From positions 101,875-165,874 of the forward strand of contig JBBSVM010000006.1 of assembly GCA_038046785.1 (NCBI GenBank): a stretch of 64,000 nt of DNA. The letters run 5' to 3'. This stretch comes from Thermoplasmatota archaeon (GTDB lineage Archaea > Thermoplasmatota > E2 > JACPAO01 > JAHFTW01). The notes below the pieces were generated by a model that worked only from the letters and a program-made list of their open reading frames with translations, did no database searches and had not been told where the DNA came from. Made by a program: the position numbers and the translations under genes. How positions within the stretch are numbered: position 1 is the stretch's first letter; the number at the start of each line of letters is the position of its first letter. This document shows positions 9,550-16,911 of the stretch, piece by piece.

Positions 9550-10416
9550 TCAGGTTCTCCTTGGGTTCCACCGGTTGCGGGTGCCGCGCTGGTGATGGGC
9601 GCGTTCGACATGGTTGCCGGGCCTGGGCTGGAATCGGCTCGGGTGGAAGTAGGCCAGGATGCCGAGGTTGAACCAGCCCTGGTTGGCGGCGCTGGCGGCA
9701 TTGGCGCTGCGACCGCTCCTGCGTTGTCGAAGGACGCGGTGGGCGGTGGGGTAGACGGCGTCGGCATCGTCGTCGCGCACGAAGCTGGCGGTGGCGAGGA
9801 TGCCGCGTCGAAAATGGTCGAAGGGGCGAAAGCGGCCATGATCGGGTGGGACATGGCTGTCCAGGTCGCCGCGGTCGGTCTTGCGCTTGAGGCCGGCAAT
9901 GCGGGTGGCGTTGTTGCGGCGGGCGCGTTCGTCGGGGTTCCAGATCTGGTCAATCGCGGCGCGGGCGGTGCGTGGTGCGTTGCTTTTGGGGAAAAGTTGT
10001 GCGCGCAAGCCTTGGTTGTAGACGTACGCTTCGAGCGCCCAGGGGGAGCGTTTCCAGAGGGCGTACGGGTTGCGGATGGTTCCGGGCGCGCCCGGCTTCT
10101 TGAGGCGGTGATAGACCTGCGGGGGTGTCGCTTGGTTGAGGCGTTGGCGGGTCGGGTCGCGGCGCACGTCGTCGCCGGGTCCGTACGGGGTGCCGTCGCG
10201 CAGCTCGCGGATCTCTTGGCTGCGGGCGGGTCGGCCGACGCGGTGCGTGGCCGTGGGGAATTGGCGACGTGGGTGGACGACGGTGTGTTCGCCGAGCCGT
10301 TCGTTGCCTCGTCCGGGTTCGCGGGCTGCGTCATGGCTCGCCTGGAGGGCGGCCAGCGCGTCGCGGCGGGCTGCGGCGTAGCGCCGCTCCAGAGGCGACG
10401 GCTGGCCGTTGGCCAT
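9550..10416 (-). CDS. Arg-rich basic protein (288 aa); putative nucleic-acid-binding or core protein
   Basis: TGATG coupling to the upstream gene; aromatic residues spread through the ORF argue against a shadow ORF. Confidence 0.7.
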   Translation of the reverse strand: MANGQPSPLERRYAAARRDALAALQASHDAAREPGRGNERLGEHTVVHPRRQFPTATHRVGRPARSQEIRELRDGTPYGPGDDVRRDPTRQRLNQATPPQVYHRLKKPGAPGTIRNPYALWKRSPWALEAYVYNQGLRAQLFPKSNAPRTARAAIDQIWNPDERARRNNATRIAGLKRKTDRGDLDSHVPPDHGRFRPFDHFRRGILATASFVRDDDADAVYPTAHRVLRQRRSGRSANAASAANQGWFNLGILAYFHPSRFQPRPGNHVERAHHQRGTRNRWNPRRT

Positions 10417-10925
10417 CAGCGGAACCTCCGGCGGAAACGATTGCCAGTGCGGCGTTCGTAGCTGGACTTGACGCGCTCGACGCGGCCGGGGTTGGCGCGG
10501 TCGAAGTCGCTTGCGTTGCGGCGGCGCTGGTTCTTGCCTTCCGTGTAGCGCTGGATGTTGCTGCGGCGCGCGTTGGCTTGTTCCTGGGTGCGGTAGCGGC
10601 GTTGGGCCGCCGCTTGGACTTCAGGGCTGACGCGAACGTTGGGATCGGGGCCTTTGCGAGCACCGAGCGCCTTGGCCTGGGCGTCGAACTTCTCCGCGAG
10701 GGGCTTGTTGCCGGCGACCCATGCGCCTTTGGCGGCACCCATCTTGAAGGCGCGCTTGTAGGCGAGGTTGAAGCTGGCGGCGAAGCTGCGTGCCTTCCCG
10801 GTCTTGAGGGGTTTGACCTGGATGGTGCGGTAGGGTTTGCCGGAGAGACCTTCGAGGAAGCCGCTGCGGCTTCCTTGGAAGGCGCCGCCTTTTGCTTGTT
10901 TGGGGTTGGGGCTGGGTTGCGTCAT
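10416..10925 (-). CDS. Highly basic Lys/Arg-rich protein (169 aa); putative DNA-condensing protein
   Basis: GGAGG SD; C-terminus RRTGNRFRRRFR. Confidence 0.8.
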   Translation of the reverse strand: MTQPSPNPKQAKGGAFQGSRSGFLEGLSGKPYRTIQVKPLKTGKARSFAASFNLAYKRAFKMGAAKGAWVAGNKPLAEKFDAQAKALGARKGPDPNVRVSPEVQAAAQRRYRTQEQANARRSNIQRYTEGKNQRRRNASDFDRANPGRVERVKSSYERRTGNRFRRRFR

Positions 10926-10926
10926 G

Positions 10927-10992
10927 TCAGTCTGCCTCCTCTTCGTCGAGGAGGATTGTGTAGAGATGGAGGGCGTCGCCGAAGTCGTTCAT
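10927..10992 (-). CDS. 21-aa micro-ORF MNDFGDALHLYTILLDEEEAD
   Basis: Fills the gap exactly; ATGA overlap upstream, stop 1 nt before the next ATG; carries the shared HLYTIL motif. Confidence 0.6.
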   Translation of the reverse strand: MNDFGDALHLYTILLDEEEAD

Positions 10993-11732
10993 CGGGGCAC
11001 CACCGCTTCGACGTCGATGATGTCGCCTTCGCGCACGATAGCGGGGCCGCCGTTGGGGGCGCGTAGTGCGCGTAGGCGGAGCGTCTCGCGTTCGGGGGCG
11101 GCGTTGCGGTCGTGCAGGGCGAGGTAGGCGTCGTCGGCATCGCGACGCGCGTTCTCGTCCCTGTGGGTGTCCTCTGCGGGCGGGGGAGTTTGCTCGGTGC
11201 GGTGGCGGTTGCGGATGAGGGTCACGAGCAGCGCCGCGCAGAGGATGAGTTGGAGTGCCATGGTGGCGGTGGTGGGGTTGGCGCCAAGTTGGGTTCCTTG
11301 GGCGGCGAGGTCGGCGCGTTCGACGGCGGTGGCGAGGCTGGCTTCGCTTTGGTCGCCGGCTTTCACGATGCGGGACTCGATGCTGGCGAGTTTGCTGGCG
11401 AGGGCGGCAACGCTGGATGCCATGGTGGCGACGTCGGCGGTGAGGTTGGCTTGGTCGGAGCGCAAGGTTGCCAGGGCGGATTCGTCGCTGATGTCGCGCA
11501 ACTCAACCCAGGCGAGACGAGCTGTGCCGTTCTGGACGATGCGCAGGCCGACCGGTTCGCTGTTCGTGGAGCGCAGGATGGCGATGTTGCCGCCGTCAAA
11601 GGCAAGGAGTGTTGCGTTGATGGGGCGGCTGTAGGCGGCGACGGCCTCGCCGGGTTGCAGTTCGGCCATGCCCTGGTAGGTGGCGGCTGAGGCGATGGGA
11701 ACGAGAATGAGGGCGGCGAGGAGGAGACGCAT
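10989..11732 (-). CDS. Signal peptide, coiled coil and TM protein (247 aa)
   Basis: MRLLLAALILVPIASA with GGAGGAG SD; heptad Ala/Leu stretch; internal TM. Confidence 0.8.
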   Translation of the reverse strand: MRLLLAALILVPIASAATYQGMAELQPGEAVAAYSRPINATLLAFDGGNIAILRSTNSEPVGLRIVQNGTARLAWVELRDISDESALATLRSDQANLTADVATMASSVAALASKLASIESRIVKAGDQSEASLATAVERADLAAQGTQLGANPTTATMALQLILCAALLVTLIRNRHRTEQTPPPAEDTHRDENARRDADDAYLALHDRNAAPERETLRLRALRAPNGGPAIVREGDIIDVEAVVPR

Positions 11733-11734
11733 GG

Positions 11735-11947
11735 CTACTCCTCCTTGACCACGAAGTAGCGGCGTTCGCGTCCGACGGTCTCGACGCTCACCACTTTGCG
11801 TTGGAGGAGGCGTCGGCAGTGCCGGTGGATGGTCTGATGGGAGGGTGCGCGGACCTCCGGGCCGTACTCGTTGCGAAGGGCGCGGATGGTGAGGCCGGGG
11901 GGTTTGCGGGGCAGCCGGTGGAGGATGCTGCTTCGGAATCCTGTCAT
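11735..11947 (-). CDS. Small winged-HTH regulator (70 aa), first gene of the operon
   Basis: PPGLTIRALR...TIHRHCRRL...GRERRYF wHTH pattern; TTAAG about 25 nt upstream. Confidence 0.75.
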   Translation of the reverse strand: MTGFRSSILHRLPRKPPGLTIRALRNEYGPEVRAPSHQTIHRHCRRLLQRKVVSVETVGRERRYFVVKEE

Positions 11948-11969
11948 GGACCCAACGCATTGGCCGAGG

Positions 11970-11980
11970 GGCTTAAGCAA
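11970..11980. promoter_or_regulatory. Palindromic TATA-like box GCTTAAGC between the divergent units
   Basis: About 25 nt from ATG 11947, the spacing of a leaderless archaeal promoter. Confidence 0.5.
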
Positions 11981-12028
11981 GTCCCAAACAGTGGAGTGAA
12001 ACTACTCCGAAAGTAGCACAATGGTTGG

Positions 12029-12248
12029 CCTTGCGAGGAACGCACCGGCCCCTGCGCTTTCGTTGCGGACGGCAACGATGACTCCGCGTTCCGGCTCCGC
12101 TTCGCTGCGCAAACGGAACGCGGGTCAACGTTGCGCCTGGCGGCGTTCCCGTCCTGCACTTTCGCTATGGGGCCGGTGCTGGGCGCCTTCGGCGCGGCGG
12201 GGCTGCGCCCCCGAGTGGGGGCGAAGGGGCGCAAGCGTTCCTTCAAGG
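12029..12248. other. Nested inverted-repeat structure (structured leader or single-strand origin candidate)
   Basis: Stems 12029-43/12235-48, 12042-52/12169-79, 12061-66/12072-77, 12084-93/12114-23, 12183-87/12191-95, 12206-12/12217-23. Confidence 0.7.
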
Positions 12249-12255
12249 TGAACCC

Positions 12256-12387
12256 ATGAAAAACAAGCAAGCACGAGAAGCATACCTTGCGACCCTTGCC
12301 CACTGCAGCCACTGCGACCGCGCCGGCCTCGACGGCCAACTCGGCAACTGCGTCCACTGCGGACTCCTACCCCAGGTGACTGCATGA
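12256..12387 (+). CDS. Zinc-ribbon microprotein (43 aa)
   Basis: MKNKQAREAYLATLAHCSHCDRAGLDGQLGNCVHCGLLPQVTA; two CxxC; AAGGTGA SD; ATGA overlap. Confidence 0.75.
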   Translation: MKNKQAREAYLATLAHCSHCDRAGLDGQLGNCVHCGLLPQVTA

Positions 12388-12911
12388 TTGGCAACCTGCG
12401 GCCCGGAAGCGAGGCGCGACGCATCCGAATCATCGATGCACTCCAAGCACGCCCTGGTTCAACCTTCCGCGATCTGGCTCGAACCACTGGATTCGCCGTC
12501 GGCATCCTGGCGCACCACCTCAGCGTCTTGCGGAGACAGCGACGAGTCATTGACGAATCGTTTGGGCAACGACGTGTCATTCGGTTGGCCGCCGAGAGGC
12601 GGACGGCCCCCGAACTCGTGGTGGCGCGAGACTCCCGATTGCGCGCGATGGTGGAGCGAATCGGCGCCGGAACTTGGACTCAAAAGCAGCTCCTCGACCT
12701 GTCGTCCGACCCCCGATCAACGACGCAATGGACGCTCCACCGCCTCCACGCTTTGGGCATCATCACCCAGCAGCGCCAGGGCCGTTACCTGGTCATCCGC
12801 CGCGCGCAAGCCATCCCCCAACCCACGTTCACCAACTTCATCGAGCCGCTGCACGACCTGGTGCTGCGGCATGAGTCTGCGACCCTACACGCCGAGGGAG
12901 TGGTCGCGTGA
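12384..12911 (+). CDS. Tandem winged-HTH transcriptional regulator (ArsR-like)
   Basis: RIIDALQARPGSTFRDLAR...HHLSVL, and a second HTH STTQWTLHRL...GRYLV. Confidence 0.85.
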   Translation: MIGNLRPGSEARRIRIIDALQARPGSTFRDLARTTGFAVGILAHHLSVLRRQRRVIDESFGQRRVIRLAAERRTAPELVVARDSRLRAMVERIGAGTWTQKQLLDLSSDPRSTTQWTLHRLHALGIITQQRQGRYLVIRRAQAIPQPTFTNFIEPLHDLVLRHESATLHAEGVVA

Positions 12912-13327
12912 GCACTCTCTACACCATGTTCTCCAGCCTCGCGCCAGGTTTGCGGGCAATGGAAGCGGGAACCACGCTCCGTTCAACGAGTCCGCCCTAC
13001 ATGGACCTCGTCGGTGAAGTTCTGGAACGTTCCGCCGATGGCCGGGTTCAACGCGTGAGCCTCGCGCACTACTACGAGCAGAACGGCGACCTGATGGCCG
13101 ATCCAGAGATGGAGTTCCGGGTCGTCCACCCCTCGACTTCAGGTCCGGGGATGCTCGTGCCCCTCCATTACAAGCAGGACGGGCTGGGCATTTTCCGGCC
13201 CACGCACGGTCCCGGCGTGGTGTATCCGAAGCAGCTGAAGGAGCAGGTGAAGTTCACGCGGTTCTGGCTACGGAACTTGAAGAGCCAGGGCCACCGGCTC
13301 AACCGAGGAACCGTGCCCAATTCGTAG
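12908..13327 (+). CDS. DUF6908-like protein
   Basis: VSLAHYYEQNGDLMADPEMEF...WLRNLKSQG signature, recalled from memory. Confidence 0.75.
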   Translation: MSTLYTMFSSLAPGLRAMEAGTTLRSTSPPYMDLVGEVLERSADGRVQRVSLAHYYEQNGDLMADPEMEFRVVHPSTSGPGMLVPLHYKQDGLGIFRPTHGPGVVYPKQLKEQVKFTRFWLRNLKSQGHRLNRGTVPNS

Positions 13328-13580
13328 GACACTCCTCGATCGGGCACCTGCGCTTTGGCTCCGAGGGCCAGTAGGTGCGCAGTCTGCCAATGAGGTGCGT
13401 GTGGATGAGACCAGCTTTCTCGAGTTTCGTGCCGTGCCAGATGACGTTCGAGGGGGAGAAGGCGAGGCGGCGGCCAAGCGTTGCCGAGTTGCCGCCGGGC
13501 TGCGCGTGGATGGCCTCGAAGACCTTGCGGCGGGTGGCCTGTTCGAGCAGGCTGTCGTCGTGGGGCAGTCGGCGTCCCAT
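13299..13580 (-). CDS. Winged-HTH protein, possibly truncated
   Basis: TRRKVFEAIHAQPG...WHGTKLEKAGLI; same family as 12384 and 34159. Confidence 0.7.
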   Translation of the reverse strand: MGRRLPHDDSLLEQATRRKVFEAIHAQPGGNSATLGRRLAFSPSNVIWHGTKLEKAGLIHTHLIGRLRTYWPSEPKRRCPIEECPTNWARFLG

Positions 13581-13619
13581 GGGGGTTCTCAAAGCATCGC
13601 AGTTCCTGATGCCGCTTAC

Positions 13620-15356
13620 CTACAGCGGGTGCGCCTTGCTGGCTCGTCCGTCCGTTCCGAAGCCGAACTGGCCGCATACGCCGTAGGATTTGTCGAGGTT
13701 GTGCAGGGAGAGAATCTCGTCAAACGATGAGAAGTGGTCCACTTTCATCGTCACCGTTAGGTCCGTGAGCGCGGCGGAGCCGGTGGTGCGGACGGTCCAG
13801 TTTCCTTCGGCCGCATCCTGGGCGATGCCGGGTCCGGAGAGTAGGTAGGTGCCTTTGAGGTTGGGCTGCATGGGGTCGCCGGTTCGGCCGAGCATTAGGG
13901 TGGACTGGATGTTGCCGGCGGCGTCGATGACTTCGGTCTTCAGTTCGCTGGCGCGAGCGCCCGTTCCCGACAGGAACGCTTCGACCTCGATGGTGTTCAC
14001 CGAGCAGGGCATGCGGACGGGGAAGGTGAACTCGACTTGGGCGGGAGCAAGTGGCGCTGGGGCGCCGGTGACCGCCGGGGGGACGCCGAGGCTCGCCAGC
14101 TCGGTGTCGCTGTAGTCGCTCGGGATGTAGACTGGTTCTTGGTAGCCGATGCCGCCTGCCAATTCGGCGGGGAACGCATCACCGTGGCCTTCGAAATCGG
14201 CTCCGACGGTGAACTTGGTGTGCATGCCGCCGGGGCTCTGCTGGTCGTTGGCTTCGTGGTTGTTGACGTGGGTGTGGAAGACCCATGCGCCTTGGTTGTG
14301 GCCGATGATGAGGACATCGTAGCGCTCGGAGGGGCTGATGGCGAGCGTGTCCACCCAGTAGGGATCGGCGAGGGGAAGGCCGTCTTTGTGCGTGACGAGC
14401 ATGTCTTGGCCATGGGGGTGCAGGACCTCCTCGGTCTGGCCCGCGTTCAGGATGCGCAAACGCAACCGTTCCCCATCTTGGAGCGTCCAATGGCTCTGTT
14501 TTTGCTGGATGGTGTACGGGAAGGCGTGGCCGTTGAGGAGGAAGACGTCCGGCGTCGTGTCGAGGACCGGGTTGGCGCAGCCTGACGTGCCGGACACCAA
14601 GCAGCCGGGCGGGTGGGCGTGCGGGTTGATGCCAGGGATGGTCTCGACGATGTTGCGGGCCGCCGTCGAGAGCACCATGACGCCCTCTTGATCCACTTCG
14701 GGTTCGCGGCTGGTGTCCTGCGGCTCCACGATGAACATGCCGTACAGCCCCTGCATGACGTGGAACTGGGTGTCGACGTGGCAGTGGTACCAGAGCGTGC
14801 CGGGCTTCTTGGCGATGAAATCGTAGGTGATGCTGGGTGCGCCGCTGCCGCCACCGACGGCTTGTTGCGTGACGCCGGGCACGCCGTCGTCCTCGTTGTC
14901 CACGAATTGGCCGTGCCAGTGAATCGTGTGGGGGTGGAAGTGGGCGTGGGCGAACTCGACGACGATGCGGTCGCCTTGCTTGGCGCGGATGGTGGGGCCC
15001 GGGACGCTGCATGCGCTGCGTTCCCCTTCGCTGAGTTGGGGTGCGTCGGTGGGCAGGGGGTCGAAGTATTCGATGGCGGCCTTCGAGTAGGCATCGTTCT
15101 GGTCGAAGGGTTCAGCGCAGAACGCCCACAGATTCGCGCGCAGACCGGGGCTCGTTGTGCCGTCCCGGTTGCTGACTGGGTAGAGTTCGGTGTTGAAGAG
15201 GTCCACGACTTTCATCTTGAGGCGGATGGTGTTGCCAGTCTCCGGGACGTCGAAGTCGCCCGTGGGGGCGAACGGGTTTGCGCCCATGCATCCGGAGAGG
15301 GGGATGAGGAGGCTGACCAGGGCAATGACGGGAATGCGGGACGTGGCAGCAGGCAT
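13620..15356 (-). CDS. Two-domain multicopper oxidase (type C), lipoprotein, copy 1
   Basis: LSGC lipobox; HTIHWHG, WYHCHVDTQFHVM (T1 site in domain 1), LHPHG, FHTH (no Cys in domain 2). Confidence 0.9.
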   Translation of the reverse strand: MPAATSRIPVIALVSLLIPLSGCMGANPFAPTGDFDVPETGNTIRLKMKVVDLFNTELYPVSNRDGTTSPGLRANLWAFCAEPFDQNDAYSKAAIEYFDPLPTDAPQLSEGERSACSVPGPTIRAKQGDRIVVEFAHAHFHPHTIHWHGQFVDNEDDGVPGVTQQAVGGGSGAPSITYDFIAKKPGTLWYHCHVDTQFHVMQGLYGMFIVEPQDTSREPEVDQEGVMVLSTAARNIVETIPGINPHAHPPGCLVSGTSGCANPVLDTTPDVFLLNGHAFPYTIQQKQSHWTLQDGERLRLRILNAGQTEEVLHPHGQDMLVTHKDGLPLADPYWVDTLAISPSERYDVLIIGHNQGAWVFHTHVNNHEANDQQSPGGMHTKFTVGADFEGHGDAFPAELAGGIGYQEPVYIPSDYSDTELASLGVPPAVTGAPAPLAPAQVEFTFPVRMPCSVNTIEVEAFLSGTGARASELKTEVIDAAGNIQSTLMLGRTGDPMQPNLKGTYLLSGPGIAQDAAEGNWTVRTTGSAALTDLTVTMKVDHFSSFDEILSLHNLDKSYGVCGQFGFGTDGRASKAHPL

Positions 15357-15398
15357 CAGGATTCTCTGTGGCCTACCTGTCGCAGGTTTTACGTCCTG

Positions 15399-15425
15399 TG
15401 CTAAGCCCAGGGCCTCCGCTTCATA
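15399..15425 (-). promoter_or_regulatory. Operator TATGAA-N15-TTAGCA, copy 1
   Basis: Both half-sites and the 15-nt spacing are identical in four promoters. Confidence 0.8.
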
Positions 15426-15431
15426 ACGGGC

Positions 15432-15842
15432 TCAGCGCAGGCCGCGAAGCGATGGGCGCTGGAACCAGGGCGTGGGGACGCGGTGGCGGTGGCGCTGCAC
15501 GCGCTCCTGCAAATAGCGCCACAGTTCGCCGGCGACGATTGGTGGCTCGCTCCACTTGGGCACAAGCTCGTCGAGGAGCAACACCGTCAAGCGTCGGTTG
15601 GCCAGTCGTAACATTCTGCCGGTTGGCAGACGCTCAACGAGCACCAGAGCGTCCCGTTCCATGGCGCGGACATGGTACTCGGCGGCCGTCGTGGAAAGCC
15701 CCGTGGCCTTGACGGCTTCCTGAAATGACCGGCGCGGCTGCTCCAAGAGCACCAAGGTGAGCAGGAGGCACCCGGGTTTGACGAGGAGCGCCCGCCAATT
15801 CGCTTCCCGCTTGTCCTCCAGCGGACCGCGGGTCGGTGCCAA
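15432..15842 (-). CDS. Winged-HTH protein (paralog of 31592); start uncertain
   Basis: KPGCLLL...TGLSTTAAEYHVRAMER; shared tail LWxxLQERVQ...PW. Confidence 0.7.
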   Translation of the reverse strand: MAPTRGPLEDKREANWRALLVKPGCLLLTLVLLEQPRRSFQEAVKATGLSTTAAEYHVRAMERDALVLVERLPTGRMLRLANRRLTVLLLDELVPKWSEPPIVAGELWRYLQERVQRHRHRVPTPWFQRPSLRGLR

Positions 15843-15844
15843 GC

Positions 15845-16744
15845 CTACGACCCCGATCGAATGACGGCCCAGGATGCCCCGCCATCCGTGCTCTTGGCAA
15901 TTGTGGTGCCGCCGGCCGCGTACACGATGTTGGGGGTCTGAGGGTCCACGCCGATGCTGTACGCAGTCAATCCAACGGGCAACTTGCCGGAGGTTGCGTG
16001 CCAGGTCATCCCGCCATCCATCGACATCTGCATGCCCGGATTGCTGCCCGCGAAGTAGGCGTACGCGATGGAGGGGTTGTTCGCGGCGAAGGTGAGGCTT
16101 GTCGTGGGCAGGCCGACCGCGGAGTAGTTGCTCCAGGTTTCGCCGCGGTCGACACTGCGTTGGATGCCCTTCGCGGTTGCGGCGAGGAGCGTCGTCGGCT
16201 CGCCTGGCACTGTAGCGAAGGCGAACGTGGGGATGGTCAGGCCGGTGGCGGCTGCGAGGGAGAAGTCGGCGCCGTTGGTGCTGCGGTAGAGGCCGCCGCC
16301 CGAGTTGAGGCAATAGATGGTGTTGGGCGCGGAGATCGTCATGGCGTGGCAGTCCACTTTCCCGGGCAACGCAATGGTTGTCCAGGTCTTGGCGCCGTCC
16401 ACGCTCTTGCGGATGCCTTGGTTTCCGCCGGTGGTGGGGTGGCCGCTCGAGTAGGCAACGCCGGCCTCGGTCGGGTGGAGGCTGAATCCCATGTAGTCGG
16501 AGAGGTCGTCGCCGGTGTAGCTCCAACCCGCATCGCCGCTGCCCGTGATGATGCCGCGGTGGGTGGCGACCCAAAGTGTGTCGGAGTCGGCGGGGTCCAC
16601 GGCGACGGAGTGGATGTGGACGAACGTGCTGGCGGGGGATGTTGCCGCTCCGTTGGCGCCGGTCGGGGCACTGCTACAGCCGGCAAGGGCAAGAGCCGCC
16701 AAGAGGCAAGAGACCAGGATTGGGGTGGCTTTGGTCATGGTCAT
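15845..16744 (-). CDS. BNR/Asp-box repeat beta-propeller lipoprotein (F510_1955-like), copy 1
   Basis: LAGC; HIH, ATHRG, DYMGF, SSGHP, repeated SxDGGxTW. Confidence 0.85.
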   Translation of the reverse strand: MTMTKATPILVSCLLAALALAGCSSAPTGANGAATSPASTFVHIHSVAVDPADSDTLWVATHRGIITGSGDAGWSYTGDDLSDYMGFSLHPTEAGVAYSSGHPTTGGNQGIRKSVDGAKTWTTIALPGKVDCHAMTISAPNTIYCLNSGGGLYRSTNGADFSLAAATGLTIPTFAFATVPGEPTTLLAATAKGIQRSVDRGETWSNYSAVGLPTTSLTFAANNPSIAYAYFAGSNPGMQMSMDGGMTWHATSGKLPVGLTAYSIGVDPQTPNIVYAAGGTTIAKSTDGGASWAVIRSGS

Positions 16745-16756
16745 GCCGGGACTGAA

Positions 16757-16903
16757 CTAATGCTTGTGGCCCTTGTGCGAGGCGTGGCTGTGACTGGAGT
16801 GGTCATGGCCGTCGTCGTGCCCGTGTCCGGCGTGCGCGTCTTTGGCCTGGGGTTTGGGGTTCTGTTTCTTGTCTTTTCCAAACAATTTGTCGAGGATGTT
16901 CAT
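16757..16903 (-). CDS. His-rich microprotein (48 aa)
   Basis: MNILDKLFGK... with 10 His in the last 25 aa; AGGTGA SD. Confidence 0.75.
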   Translation of the reverse strand: MNILDKLFGKDKKQNPKPQAKDAHAGHGHDDGHDHSSHSHASHKGHKH

Positions 16904-16911
16904 GGGTTCAC

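Larger units (their letters stand above)
1..13327. mobile_element. Putative provirus or integrative element, truncated by the left window edge
   Basis: About 16 co-oriented, mostly overlapping (ATGA/TGATG) orphan genes; basic proteins, anchored surface proteins, divergent wHTH switch, DUF6908-like gene. No integrase, Rep or att site seen. Confidence 0.55.

Noticed and set aside
9546-10334. 262-aa Ala/Pro/Thr-rich alternative ORF
   Set aside because: Alternative frame of the 288-aa gene, low complexity, and its start is not coupled to the upstream gene
13620-15356. Copper nitrite reductase NirK
   Set aside because: HCH plus the HxH motifs of a trinuclear site indicate a multicopper oxidase
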